From Spirochaetia bacterium (GTDB taxonomy: Bacteria; Spirochaetota; Spirochaetia; UBA9216), in assembly GCA_963675665.1 (NCBI GenBank), contig OY776510.1:2464001-2528000 (forward strand): a stretch of 64,000 nt of DNA, in the 5' to 3' direction. The notes beneath the pieces were generated by a model that was not told the origin of the DNA, searched no databases, and saw nothing but the letters and a program-made list of their open reading frames with translations. Positions 36,963-46,093 of the stretch are shown piece by piece (position 1 is the first letter of the stretch; the number at the start of each line of letters is the position of its first letter). The position numbers and the translations under genes were made by a program.

Positions 36963-39900
36963 ATGAAAACAGGAGAAACATTCGACTATAAAGGAGCCTT
37001 GAAGACCCCGGGTCTATTTAATCCGGATGATACACGGGTGCCGGTGGATTTCAGCGGCAAGGTGGGGCTGCTGCTGTTTACCGACAACAGCATAGGCGAT
37101 TCATGGCAGGGCAGGCTTGATTCGATCTGGTCCGAAATGGAGACATTTCTTATAAATGAAAATATTGCGTCGGATGACGCCGATGTCAAGAACCATTTTC
37201 GTCTGACAGCTGTTGTCACAAACCACGGCGGCTCGTCTTCGATACCAATCTCGGCTGACTACGATGTGCTGCTTGATGCAGACGGGTTGGGTGATCTGTA
37301 CCGGGCGGAATTCCTGAACGCGACCGACGACTCTTTTCCGCTGAACGCTCTTGCCGGTGTCGGCAGCAGCCTGTGGGGTTTTATCATCGACAGCAACGAT
37401 ACCCTGGCCGACAAGTGGCATGACCTGGGAAATACGCAGACTGCCGGAGCCGATACTCCATCTGACCCGACTGATGATGTTTTTTCAAATGAGCCGATTT
37501 CGTTCCATCACCTTTCCCCGGCCGGATACACCGGTTTCGACAGCGCTGATTATGACAATGTTAAAGCCTATGTTCTGGAGCGTCTTAAAAACCTTTTCAG
37601 GGACCCTTATGTTATTTCAGCTGATCCCGCTATAGGCAGCGCGAATATCACCGTCGCTGATCTTTCTACCGTCAGAATCAGGTTTTCGCGTCCTCTGCTG
37701 CCGGCGGAACTCAAAGATTCCGGCAATTATTCAACCGGCGGTGGCGGCGGAACCGGGTTGCAGATCAACAGCGCGGATTACAATAATTCAGGCTTGTCTT
37801 CTGTTGATCAAATTAATGTAGGAGAAATTGAAAATGAAGTGACGCTCGGAATAACCAGGCCGGCCGGGCCTCCCCTCGACGCAGGAACAGTGCGTATTGA
37901 CCTTGATACCGCCGCATTGCTTACTCACGACACAAAAGGAATAACACCCAATATTGACACAAAGTATGCAGTAACTTTCAACGGCCCCGAAATCGTTCAT
38001 TCAGGGATCGTTCCGCCAGGGTCCAGTCCGCTGAATACACACACGTCGAATATGTACGGTAACCTCGAATTCAAGGTTCCTTTTACCGATGAGGTTTTTT
38101 CACAGCCTGTATCCTCTCCGACAGTTCCCGTAACAGGCGCGCTCACGACGGACGATGTCTCCGAGACTGTTTCAGGCGGCATAACCGGGTTTGTTTCAGC
38201 TGCGGCAGCGCCGGCAGCAAGCGGAGAGGCTGCCGCCCCAAATAAGCAGTATACGGTTACCCTGAATTCAGCTGGCTGGGGCGGCACCGGAACATTGCAG
38301 TTTACTTTGGGTACGAATTCGAATGCCGTGATTACCAACCGCTTCGGAAATGAGCTTCGCGGCGTAAAGAATTTCTCTTATACCCTGGACCTTGATCCAC
38401 CCGAGGCATCGATTCTTTATCCGTTAAACGGAGCGGTTGTGAATAACGTGACTGTAAGAGTCAGCGTAACGGGGGCCGCGGAGAAAAGGCTGATAATAAA
38501 CGGCCAGAGTACTGTTTTGGGCGGAGATTCCATAAATCTTTATGGTGTGACGGGTTACGGTTCGGTTGCTGACGGCACGACCTTTACCCTGATCTTGGAA
38601 GCGGTTGACGCGAACGGAAACAAAAAAACGGATTCAATCGAATTGACGAAAAATACCCTCACGGCGGAAGACCAGCAGCCCTACCATATTGTATATGTTG
38701 TAGACAAATCCGGAAGCATGAACTCAAACGCGACATACGGAAACCCGTCGGTAACAAAGCATAAAGCTGTCTGGGTGAGAGAAGCCCTCGACGCTGTTGT
38801 GCCTGATCTTATCGCCGAGTTTGGAACGCCCGGCGATCGCTACGGTGTGGTGCTTTATTCGAAAAATGCAATTACCGCGCTGGCGCTTACCCCGAAGCAG
38901 GATTTGGCCGTTAATCAGAATATTTTCTCCGATGCACTGGATGAAAATCCATTGAGCTCAACAACGGCGATGGGAGCAGGATTGTCAAGAGCCCTGGATT
39001 TGTTGAGTTATACCGTTCCGAACAATAACTACTTCGGCCGCCGGGCAATAGTGTTCTTTGCCGATGGCCAGCAAAACGTGCCGCCGTATGTAACCTTTAA
39101 CAGTACTGATAATCCCGACAGCCTGTCTGTCGAAACGGCAGGTACCGGCTCCGGGTGTCCTTCGAACATGGGAACAATAAATATCCCCGGAGGAGCTGAT
39201 ATCCCGGTACATACAATGGGGATCGGGTTCCAGGGCGACTGGCTGACTACGCTGGAAAATATTTCGTCGGTTTCCGGCGGCAGCGAATACTGCAGCGTTC
39301 AAATCTGGCCTGAAATAAGTGCGTCGTTAAACAGTATTCTTCCTGATCTTTTCCCGTCGTCAAGCCCGCAGATAGTAAGAAATGAATCGGAACATCTCGG
39401 CAGCAACGGCCGCGGAGAAATCCTTTTCCCGCTGAATACTACAGTATCAAAGATTGCATTTTATCTGGAATGGCCGGGGGGGAAGTCGCTTGATTTGACT
39501 CTAAAAAAAGGCAATACCAGGATTAGTTTCGACAGGATTATCAGAAAAGAAAGGTCGGTAATATGTATTGTTGAATTTCCTCATTATCAGCTTAAAACAT
39601 GGAGCGAAGGAGATTTAACTTATACCGATGAACGGGCGGAATCTCCACTTTCCCGGGTAATCAGGAAATCGAAACCGCGGTTTCGAAACAACGGCCGGTT
39701 TGTCGATCCTTCGGATATAGCATCGGCGTTTAAGTATTCGGTTCTACCCAGGGGTGATTGGTCCGTATCGGTTTTTTCGCCGGAGGATGGCGCCGCCGCG
39801 GCCGGCAGATCATATCTTCTGACTGTAATTGCCGATGAGAAAGATTATTATTATCAGCTTCAGTTGGGAGGTTTGCCGGTATTCGCGGGCAACCCCTTTG

Positions 39901-40556
39901 ATATATCGATCCTGCTGGCTAGAAAAAAAGAGCTGCCTCCTGTAGATCCGGATATACAGATCAAGGTTAAATCTCCGGCTGAGGCCCTGACCAATATAAT
40001 TTCGGGTTACAAACCTTTGCATGCGCCCGTAATCCCCGGAGACGCTGTAAGCGGCGGAACCGGAAAAATGAATGCAAAAGTGGAAAAACTGCTTTCGGAA
40101 CCGGGGTTGCTGAAAGGTTTAAAGCTTAAAGAAAGTTTTTCTCTTTCGCTGAAGCAAACCAAAGCGAACCTGATGAGCGGGGTAGTGACCGGGCTGACAA
40201 CTCAGGGGTATCATAAAGCCAGGGTGATAATAAGACATGAAGACAAAAAGAACGGGGTATACGAAAGAGTGGTCGATCGCCCCGTGAAGATTAATGTACG
40301 TCCTGATTATGATCATTCCGATATAAAAATTATAAAAGACGGGAAATACTATAATATTAATGTCCGCCCGGCAGATCAGTACGGAAATTTATTGGGACCC
40401 GGTTTCGGCGGCAGCTTTCCAAAGTACTTTCTTGGGTACAGGATTATAAATGTCAATGACCGCCTGGACGGATCATACACCCTTAAGGCTTCCAGATTTG
40501 TCAAAGATATTGAGAAACCTGATGCAGAGAAGATTTTTCGTTTATTGTTTTCATAA
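36963..40556 (+). CDS. Large Ig-like/VWA domain protein (1197 aa)
   Basis: SD AAGGGG; PYVISADP..IRFSRPL (Big_5-like); MIDAS VVDKSGSM, TAMGAGL, FFADGQQN, VHTMGIG; C-terminal PADQYGNLLGPG..DGSY. Confidence 0.8.
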   Translation: MKTGETFDYKGALKTPGLFNPDDTRVPVDFSGKVGLLLFTDNSIGDSWQGRLDSIWSEMETFLINENIASDDADVKNHFRLTAVVTNHGGSSSIPISADYDVLLDADGLGDLYRAEFLNATDDSFPLNALAGVGSSLWGFIIDSNDTLADKWHDLGNTQTAGADTPSDPTDDVFSNEPISFHHLSPAGYTGFDSADYDNVKAYVLERLKNLFRDPYVISADPAIGSANITVADLSTVRIRFSRPLLPAELKDSGNYSTGGGGGTGLQINSADYNNSGLSSVDQINVGEIENEVTLGITRPAGPPLDAGTVRIDLDTAALLTHDTKGITPNIDTKYAVTFNGPEIVHSGIVPPGSSPLNTHTSNMYGNLEFKVPFTDEVFSQPVSSPTVPVTGALTTDDVSETVSGGITGFVSAAAAPAASGEAAAPNKQYTVTLNSAGWGGTGTLQFTLGTNSNAVITNRFGNELRGVKNFSYTLDLDPPEASILYPLNGAVVNNVTVRVSVTGAAEKRLIINGQSTVLGGDSINLYGVTGYGSVADGTTFTLILEAVDANGNKKTDSIELTKNTLTAEDQQPYHIVYVVDKSGSMNSNATYGNPSVTKHKAVWVREALDAVVPDLIAEFGTPGDRYGVVLYSKNAITALALTPKQDLAVNQNIFSDALDENPLSSTTAMGAGLSRALDLLSYTVPNNNYFGRRAIVFFADGQQNVPPYVTFNSTDNPDSLSVETAGTGSGCPSNMGTINIPGGADIPVHTMGIGFQGDWLTTLENISSVSGGSEYCSVQIWPEISASLNSILPDLFPSSSPQIVRNESEHLGSNGRGEILFPLNTTVSKIAFYLEWPGGKSLDLTLKKGNTRISFDRIIRKERSVICIVEFPHYQLKTWSEGDLTYTDERAESPLSRVIRKSKPRFRNNGRFVDPSDIASAFKYSVLPRGDWSVSVFSPEDGAAAAGRSYLLTVIADEKDYYYQLQLGGLPVFAGNPFDISILLARKKELPPVDPDIQIKVKSPAEALTNIISGYKPLHAPVIPGDAVSGGTGKMNAKVEKLLSEPGLLKGLKLKESFSLSLKQTKANLMSGVVTGLTTQGYHKARVIIRHEDKKNGVYERVVDRPVKINVRPDYDHSDIKIIKDGKYYNINVRPADQYGNLLGPGFGGSFPKYFLGYRIINVNDRLDGSYTLKASRFVKDIEKPDAEKIFRLLFS

Positions 40557-40607
40557 ATTTTTTGTCGACAGGATCGGCCAAAGATTGTTCTTTAAATGAA
40601 ACCCGTA

Positions 40608-40868
40608 TCAGATTCCCATATTGCTGAGGACCGTTGCAATTCGGTTGAGTATTTCGGTTGCTGAAGGATGTTCCGTTTCCAGGTGTTCAATATTTTTTTG
40701 AATTCCTGCAACAAGATCATCGTTATTCGGTTCATCCGAATCGATAGTCTGTTCCATGTTGTCGACCAGTTGCTGCAGCCTTACTGCTGTTTCAGGAGCC
40801 TCGTCCTGAAGTCTGCTGATTTCGTCTTTCAGTTCTTCAATGTTTTTTTTCAGGTTTTCTGTGTCCAT
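40608..40868 (-). CDS. DUF4404-like small helical protein
   Basis: IEHLETEHPSATEILNRIATVLSNMGI C-terminus; start trimmed to MDTENLK. Confidence 0.78.
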   Translation of the reverse strand: MDTENLKKNIEELKDEISRLQDEAPETAVRLQQLVDNMEQTIDSDEPNNDDLVAGIQKNIEHLETEHPSATEILNRIATVLSNMGI

Positions 40869-40951
40869 ACTTATAAGATAATGTAAACATCCTGATATTG
40901 CCAACTTTTTCAGATGATTTTAGCCGAGAAAGATCGCCCGGTTAAATAAAC

Positions 40952-41395
40952 TCAGTTATATGCTTCCATTATTTTTTTATCCTCTTCCATCAATGGACTG
41001 CATATTTCAGCCATATTCATTGAATCCCAGCTTGAGAGCTTTTTATGAGTATCATAATATTTAAGCGGTATGGGATGAGTACCGATTACCACAGGTATTT
41101 TATAACGGGTTTCAACGAAGTCTTTCAGTTCCTTGATATACGGGCAGGGCGGATAGCCGACAACCATACCAGTTGCGAAATGAATTACTTCGGCGCCGTT
41201 TTTAATCATTTCTTCCGGGACGTATTCAATATTTCCGCCGGGGCAGCCTCCGCAGTTTGAATAGCCGACCAGCTCAAGTGTTTCATCGTCAGGATACCTT
41301 GCGAATCCCCCGGTATGTTCTTTCATTGCCCTGAGACATTTTCCGCCGCCGCAGGTTATATAACGGCTGCAAATTATTATTCCGGCTTTTATCAT
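40952..41395 (-). CDS. CGGC domain putative metal-binding protein
   Basis: IIIC...CGGGKC, CGGCPG, YPPCP, VVIGTH; SD AAGGAG. Confidence 0.9.
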   Translation of the reverse strand: MIKAGIIICSRYITCGGGKCLRAMKEHTGGFARYPDDETLELVGYSNCGGCPGGNIEYVPEEMIKNGAEVIHFATGMVVGYPPCPYIKELKDFVETRYKIPVVIGTHPIPLKYYDTHKKLSSWDSMNMAEICSPLMEEDKKIMEAYN

Positions 41396-41575
41396 TATCT
41401 GCTCCTTTTGATGAATGTTTCCGCCATATTGTAGATCCTGTTTTCGTTTCAGTCTACTTAAAAAATAATCCGTTGTGGGTGTAAATATTATGAAATAAAA
41501 GACGGTAATAAAGCAATATATTAATTAATACCGGGTAATATTGACATGTTGAATATTATGGTATAAAATACTGTC

Positions 41576-43606
41576 ATGAAAGATAGCGAAAGATATTCAA
41601 CGTTTTCAGGTTTCAGGAATATAGCAACCGGAGACTTGGAGGAAATTATTGAGAGAACATATGACTTTCTCCACAATAATGAACAGCAATCCGTTCTGAT
41701 TTTTGATAATAAAACAGGAAAGCAGATTGATTTCAATTTTAACGGAACACTGCAGGAAGTTATGCAGAATAACCTGCCGCCTGAACCCAAAAAAGGGCCG
41801 GGCAGGCCCCGTCTGGGAGTAGTTAACGGCGAAATTTCTCTGTTGCCTCGTCACTGGGAATGGCTGCAGCAGCAACCCCAAAATGCTTCCGCCTCTTTGC
41901 GGAGGCTGATTGAATCGGCTGTTAAGAATACCAAACCTGAGGATGAGGAAAAGCAATGCATAGATGCCGCCGGTAAGTTTATGTGGGTGATTGCCGGAAA
42001 CCTGATTGGTTTTGAGGAAGCCTCGCGGGCGTTATACTCCCGGAAATGGATAATCTTTGATATGCTTACAGCCTCCTGGCCTGATGATGTCAGGGAGCAT
42101 CTTGCGCTGATGCTTGAAAGTGTCAGGAACCCGTTTTCCAAAAACAATATTTATCAATTGAAAACTTTGTCGCCGCTTAAAGACAGTTATGAACAGAACC
42201 TGAAAGGCCGGCAGCCCTGGGAGTTGAACGCGGTAAGTCTTGCTTCCGCGATTGCACAAGGCAAGCTGAATGCTGCAGAAGCAGTTGAATCATGTATCAG
42301 CAGAATAAATTCGGTTAACGGCAGCGTCAATGCCGTTACAACGTTGTTTGCTGATCAGGCGCTTGAGGCCGCTGCTGAAATTGATCGCAGGAGAGCAGCC
42401 GGCGAACAGGTCGGGCCGCTGGCAGGAGTCCCCTTTACGGTAAAGGAAAACCTGGACGTCGCCGGGTATCCAACTACGAACGGAATCGCCGCCATGAAGG
42501 ATGCAACAGCTGCAGCCGACTGCCCTGTTGTTAAAAGATTGCGGGCGGCGGGAGCCATTCCCGTAGGGCATACGAACATGCCGGATTTATCGCTGCGTTT
42601 TCATACAAAAAGTCAGTTATACGGAGCTACTGTTAATCCGTGGAGCAGGGCTTTGTCGCCCGGGGGTTCCAGCGGTGGAGAAGGCGTCGCCCTTGCCACT
42701 GGCATGTCGGCGCTGGGACTGGGAAATGATGCCGGCGGTTCGGTAAGAATTCCTGCGCTTTTTAACGGTATCGCCGCGCTTAAACCGGGATTCGGCCGGT
42801 TCCCATCCGACCGAAGCGCAGGCCCGAGGAATTCACCGCTTGCTTCCCAGCAAATTCCGGTAGAGGGGTTTCTGGCGCGTTCTGTTGCCGATCTTCATCT
42901 TGCCTACCAGATCGCGGCAGGCCCCGATTCCTCGGATCCGAGGGCAGTGCCTGCGCCGTTATTTTATGAAAAGCCCGGAAAGCAGATAAAGATAGCTGTT
43001 GTATCCGATCCCGGGAATTCCGGTGTCGCCGGAGAGGCGGAACGGGCTGTTGATAAAGCCGCCGAAATCCTGGCCGGGGCGGGTTATGCCGTTGAAAGGA
43101 AAGATCTGCCCTTTATTTCGGAAATAACCGACGCATACGGAAAAATGATTATGACTGAATTCTATCAGAGTCTTCCGATGCTGAAACGCCTGTTGGGGCC
43201 TGAAGGGCAGAAGTATATTGAGTTTTCAATGGAGGACAGGAAGCCGACGGACCTGGCTGGATATCTTGAACTTACGGCCATGCGCCAGGGGTTTCAGCGG
43301 GAATGGGCGCAATTTTTTGACAGTTATGCTCTTGTACTCGGCCCTGTATTTACAATGACGGCAGTTCCACCGGATTACGACATCAAAGGCTTTGAACAGT
43401 TCCGTGAAGTCACCCATGCAATGAGACTTTGCTCGGCAAGCAGTTTTATAGGGGTACCCGCCGTGACAGTTCCTGTAGGAATTGAAAATGGAATCCCGCA
43501 GGGCGTTCAGTTGATCGCGGGAATGTTCCGTGAAGACCTGTGTCTTGAGGCTGCTGCGATTGTAGAATCTGCAGCAGGCGTCTTTACTCCGATCAATCCC
43601 CGCTGA
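41576..43606 (+). CDS. DUF2239-like domain fused to an amidase-signature enzyme
   Basis: GPGRPRLGVV..EISLLPRHWEWL...ASASLRRL; then GPLAGVPFTVKEN, PGGSSGGE, GNDAGGSVRIPA; no internal stop. Confidence 0.85.
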   Translation: MKDSERYSTFSGFRNIATGDLEEIIERTYDFLHNNEQQSVLIFDNKTGKQIDFNFNGTLQEVMQNNLPPEPKKGPGRPRLGVVNGEISLLPRHWEWLQQQPQNASASLRRLIESAVKNTKPEDEEKQCIDAAGKFMWVIAGNLIGFEEASRALYSRKWIIFDMLTASWPDDVREHLALMLESVRNPFSKNNIYQLKTLSPLKDSYEQNLKGRQPWELNAVSLASAIAQGKLNAAEAVESCISRINSVNGSVNAVTTLFADQALEAAAEIDRRRAAGEQVGPLAGVPFTVKENLDVAGYPTTNGIAAMKDATAAADCPVVKRLRAAGAIPVGHTNMPDLSLRFHTKSQLYGATVNPWSRALSPGGSSGGEGVALATGMSALGLGNDAGGSVRIPALFNGIAALKPGFGRFPSDRSAGPRNSPLASQQIPVEGFLARSVADLHLAYQIAAGPDSSDPRAVPAPLFYEKPGKQIKIAVVSDPGNSGVAGEAERAVDKAAEILAGAGYAVERKDLPFISEITDAYGKMIMTEFYQSLPMLKRLLGPEGQKYIEFSMEDRKPTDLAGYLELTAMRQGFQREWAQFFDSYALVLGPVFTMTAVPPDYDIKGFEQFREVTHAMRLCSASSFIGVPAVTVPVGIENGIPQGVQLIAGMFREDLCLEAAAIVESAAGVFTPINPR

Positions 43607-43665
43607 AAAGCGGGGATGTAATTAGTTATATTGAATAAAAACACAATATAACGTATTGTTTCTAT

Positions 43666-44289
43666 ATGCAGAATCACTGGTTGATCTTCATTACATCGTT
43701 TACTATCGCCTTCTCGGGTGCCATGATGCCGGGACCGTTGTTGAGCGCGACAATTTCGGAGAGTATTCGCCGCGGGCCTTCAGCCGGCCCCCTGTTTATG
43801 CTGGGGCACGGCATACTTGAGATTTTACTGATAGCTGCTCTTTTTCTTGGTCTGGCGCCTTTTCTGAATATTCCTGTTGTGTTCAGGATAATTGCTTTTG
43901 CGGGAGGAGGATTTATTCTGTTTATGGCTGCGGGAATGTTCCGAGATTTGAAAAATTTGCGTATTAATATTGAAAATGCTGCTCCTGTTAAGGGGAATAT
44001 CATTCTCCTGGGGGCAGGTTTAAGCCTTGCCAACCCGTACTGGTTAATCTGGTGGGCAACAATCGGGCTAGGCTATATTCTTTCCGCCGGAAAATCGGGA
44101 TTTCCCGGGGTTGCTGTATTCTTTGCAGGGCATATTATTGCGGATACTGCATGGTATACCTTTGTTTCATTTGGAATTGCCGGAAGTCGCAAACTAATGT
44201 CCGACAGGGTGTACCGGATTCTTATAGGTCTCTGCGCCGGTTTCCTCTCAGTCTATGCGGTTTATCTGATAATTTCAGCATTTATATAA
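43666..44289 (+). CDS. LysE-family translocator
   Basis: FSGAMMPGPL, GHGILE, SLANPYWLIWW, GHIIAD..WY. Confidence 0.88.
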   Translation: MQNHWLIFITSFTIAFSGAMMPGPLLSATISESIRRGPSAGPLFMLGHGILEILLIAALFLGLAPFLNIPVVFRIIAFAGGGFILFMAAGMFRDLKNLRINIENAAPVKGNIILLGAGLSLANPYWLIWWATIGLGYILSAGKSGFPGVAVFFAGHIIADTAWYTFVSFGIAGSRKLMSDRVYRILIGLCAGFLSVYAVYLIISAFI

Positions 44290-44360
44290 TTTCCTGAACG
44301 GTGTACGTTTCTGCGAAATATGTGTAAAATCTCTTCAGCAAACCGGACATTTAAGGGCGT

Positions 44361-45302
44361 ATGGAACAGGCGGCGGCGGGCATTCTTAAAATTATTATAT
44401 TTCTCGTTATCGGCGTATTCTTCAGGAATACGGGAATTCTTAAAGACAGGGAAATGGCCGGGATAAAGAAAATCATCCTTTATGTGGCCATTCCGGCGGT
44501 GCTTTTTCTATCGTTTTCAAGATTGAATTTTAATTTAAGTTTTATTCCGATTACAGCTGCAGTTTTCAGTATAAATTTCATTCTGTTCTGGATTGGAGTC
44601 CTTCTTTTCAAACTGACCGGGTCGAAAAACAGGCTGCTGCCGTTATTTCTGAGTACTATGAACTTCGGACTTATCGGCATACCGCTTTATGAAGCTGTAT
44701 TCGGTCTGGAATATTTACATCACTATACAGTTCTGGGCATCGGGAACGAGATTTTTGTCTGGTTTGTTTTTAATTTTATGTTCAGGTGGTTTTTAAGCCG
44801 CGGTCAGGCAGGCAAAGGAATTAATACGGGATTTATTAAATCGCCGATCGTTTGGAGTATAATTCTCGGGTGTCTGTTCAGCATTCTGAACCTTGATATA
44901 TCGCAAAGCAGCAATTTTATTATCAGGGGGATTTATACAGCTGTTGACGGAGCTTCCGGTATCACTACGCCCCTGATTCTGATTTTTATCGGCTACAATA
45001 TTTCCATCACCACCGCTTATCTGAAACGCAGCGTTATCCTTTTTTTACAGAGATTGACGGCAGCTCTGGCTGTGGGTTATCTGTTAAAATACATCGTCCT
45101 GGATAAGGTGATAGAGGGGTCCGGCTATTATGATTCCGCATTTTTTCTGTTGATAACGCTTCCCCCGATTTTTGCTTTACCGATCCTTGCCGCCGATTAT
45201 CTTGATAATGACGAAAGTGTGCTTTTAAACAACACAATAGTTATTCATGCATTAATAACAATAATAATGTTTTCATTATTTGTTTTTTTTACAGCCGTAT
45301 AA
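44361..45302 (+). CDS. AEC (auxin efflux carrier)-family permease
   Basis: About 10 TM; YVAIPAVLF, NFGLIGIPL...FG, PLILIFIG. Confidence 0.75.
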   Translation: MEQAAAGILKIIIFLVIGVFFRNTGILKDREMAGIKKIILYVAIPAVLFLSFSRLNFNLSFIPITAAVFSINFILFWIGVLLFKLTGSKNRLLPLFLSTMNFGLIGIPLYEAVFGLEYLHHYTVLGIGNEIFVWFVFNFMFRWFLSRGQAGKGINTGFIKSPIVWSIILGCLFSILNLDISQSSNFIIRGIYTAVDGASGITTPLILIFIGYNISITTAYLKRSVILFLQRLTAALAVGYLLKYIVLDKVIEGSGYYDSAFFLLITLPPIFALPILAADYLDNDESVLLNNTIVIHALITIIMFSLFVFFTAV

Positions 45303-45358
45303 AAGCTCCGCTTGAAACGGGGCCGGCTTTGTATATACTTAATTAATAGGAGTGCAGA

Positions 45359-46057
45359 ATGAAAAAGATTGTAATAATAAGTATTTTGCTGCTGCTGCTG
45401 CTGGCAGTGCCGCTTTTTTCAGAAGCTGCCGGTATGGAACTGTCTGTTTTTGTTCCCGAAAGCCTTTATCTTCACAATGAGGGAAGCGTAGCGATAACCT
45501 CAGGTTTAAGCACAAGCCTCGGAATGGGGAAATTTATTGAAATACCGATAGGTTTTGATTACTGCAAGCTTCATGGTCTGATGGTTGAGGGCGCTACCGT
45601 AAACGGTACGGCCGTCACCGCGACAAAGCCGTGGTTTATAGCTGATAATTTTCTGCCGTATGCAAAACTGCAGCTGAATCTGCCGATAGGTCCGGTGATC
45701 CTGTCAGCTTTCGGCGGCGGTGCAGTAAGCTGGAATGCCACCCTGACGCCTTTGGGCAGCTTTGCCGCGGATGATCTTGCAGCAGCCGGCGAATATGCCG
45801 GTTTTTCCCAGCTGTCCGCATCAGCCCGTTTCGGATACGGCTGGCTGGCAGGGGCTTCGTTCGGGGTAAATATCGATCCCGTTACAATCAGCATCTTTGG
45901 CGAATACCGGAGTATTACTTCTCCGCTTGAGATGACCGCAGCCTTTTCAACCGGGCCCGCAGGTGATTTGACGACCCAGAATACGGTGGATTCAACGAAC
46001 GCCTCGCTCAAAATGCGCGGTTTCGCAGCCGGTATAGGGGGAAGCTTCGCGTTTTAA
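45359..46057 (+). CDS. Probable outer-membrane beta-barrel protein
   Basis: Signal peptide, amphipathic strands, C-terminal GIGGSFAF ending in Phe; SD AGGAG. Confidence 0.7.
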   Translation: MKKIVIISILLLLLLAVPLFSEAAGMELSVFVPESLYLHNEGSVAITSGLSTSLGMGKFIEIPIGFDYCKLHGLMVEGATVNGTAVTATKPWFIADNFLPYAKLQLNLPIGPVILSAFGGGAVSWNATLTPLGSFAADDLAAAGEYAGFSQLSASARFGYGWLAGASFGVNIDPVTISIFGEYRSITSPLEMTAAFSTGPAGDLTTQNTVDSTNASLKMRGFAAGIGGSFAF

Positions 46058-46093
46058 TACCGGCTCATTTCAAAACTGCTTGTTTTGCCGGCG

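Noticed and set aside
32904-40556. Horizontally acquired genomic island
   Set aside because: Spot-checked lines are only modestly more GC-rich than dpp genes, and there is no integrase, tRNA or flanking direct repeat
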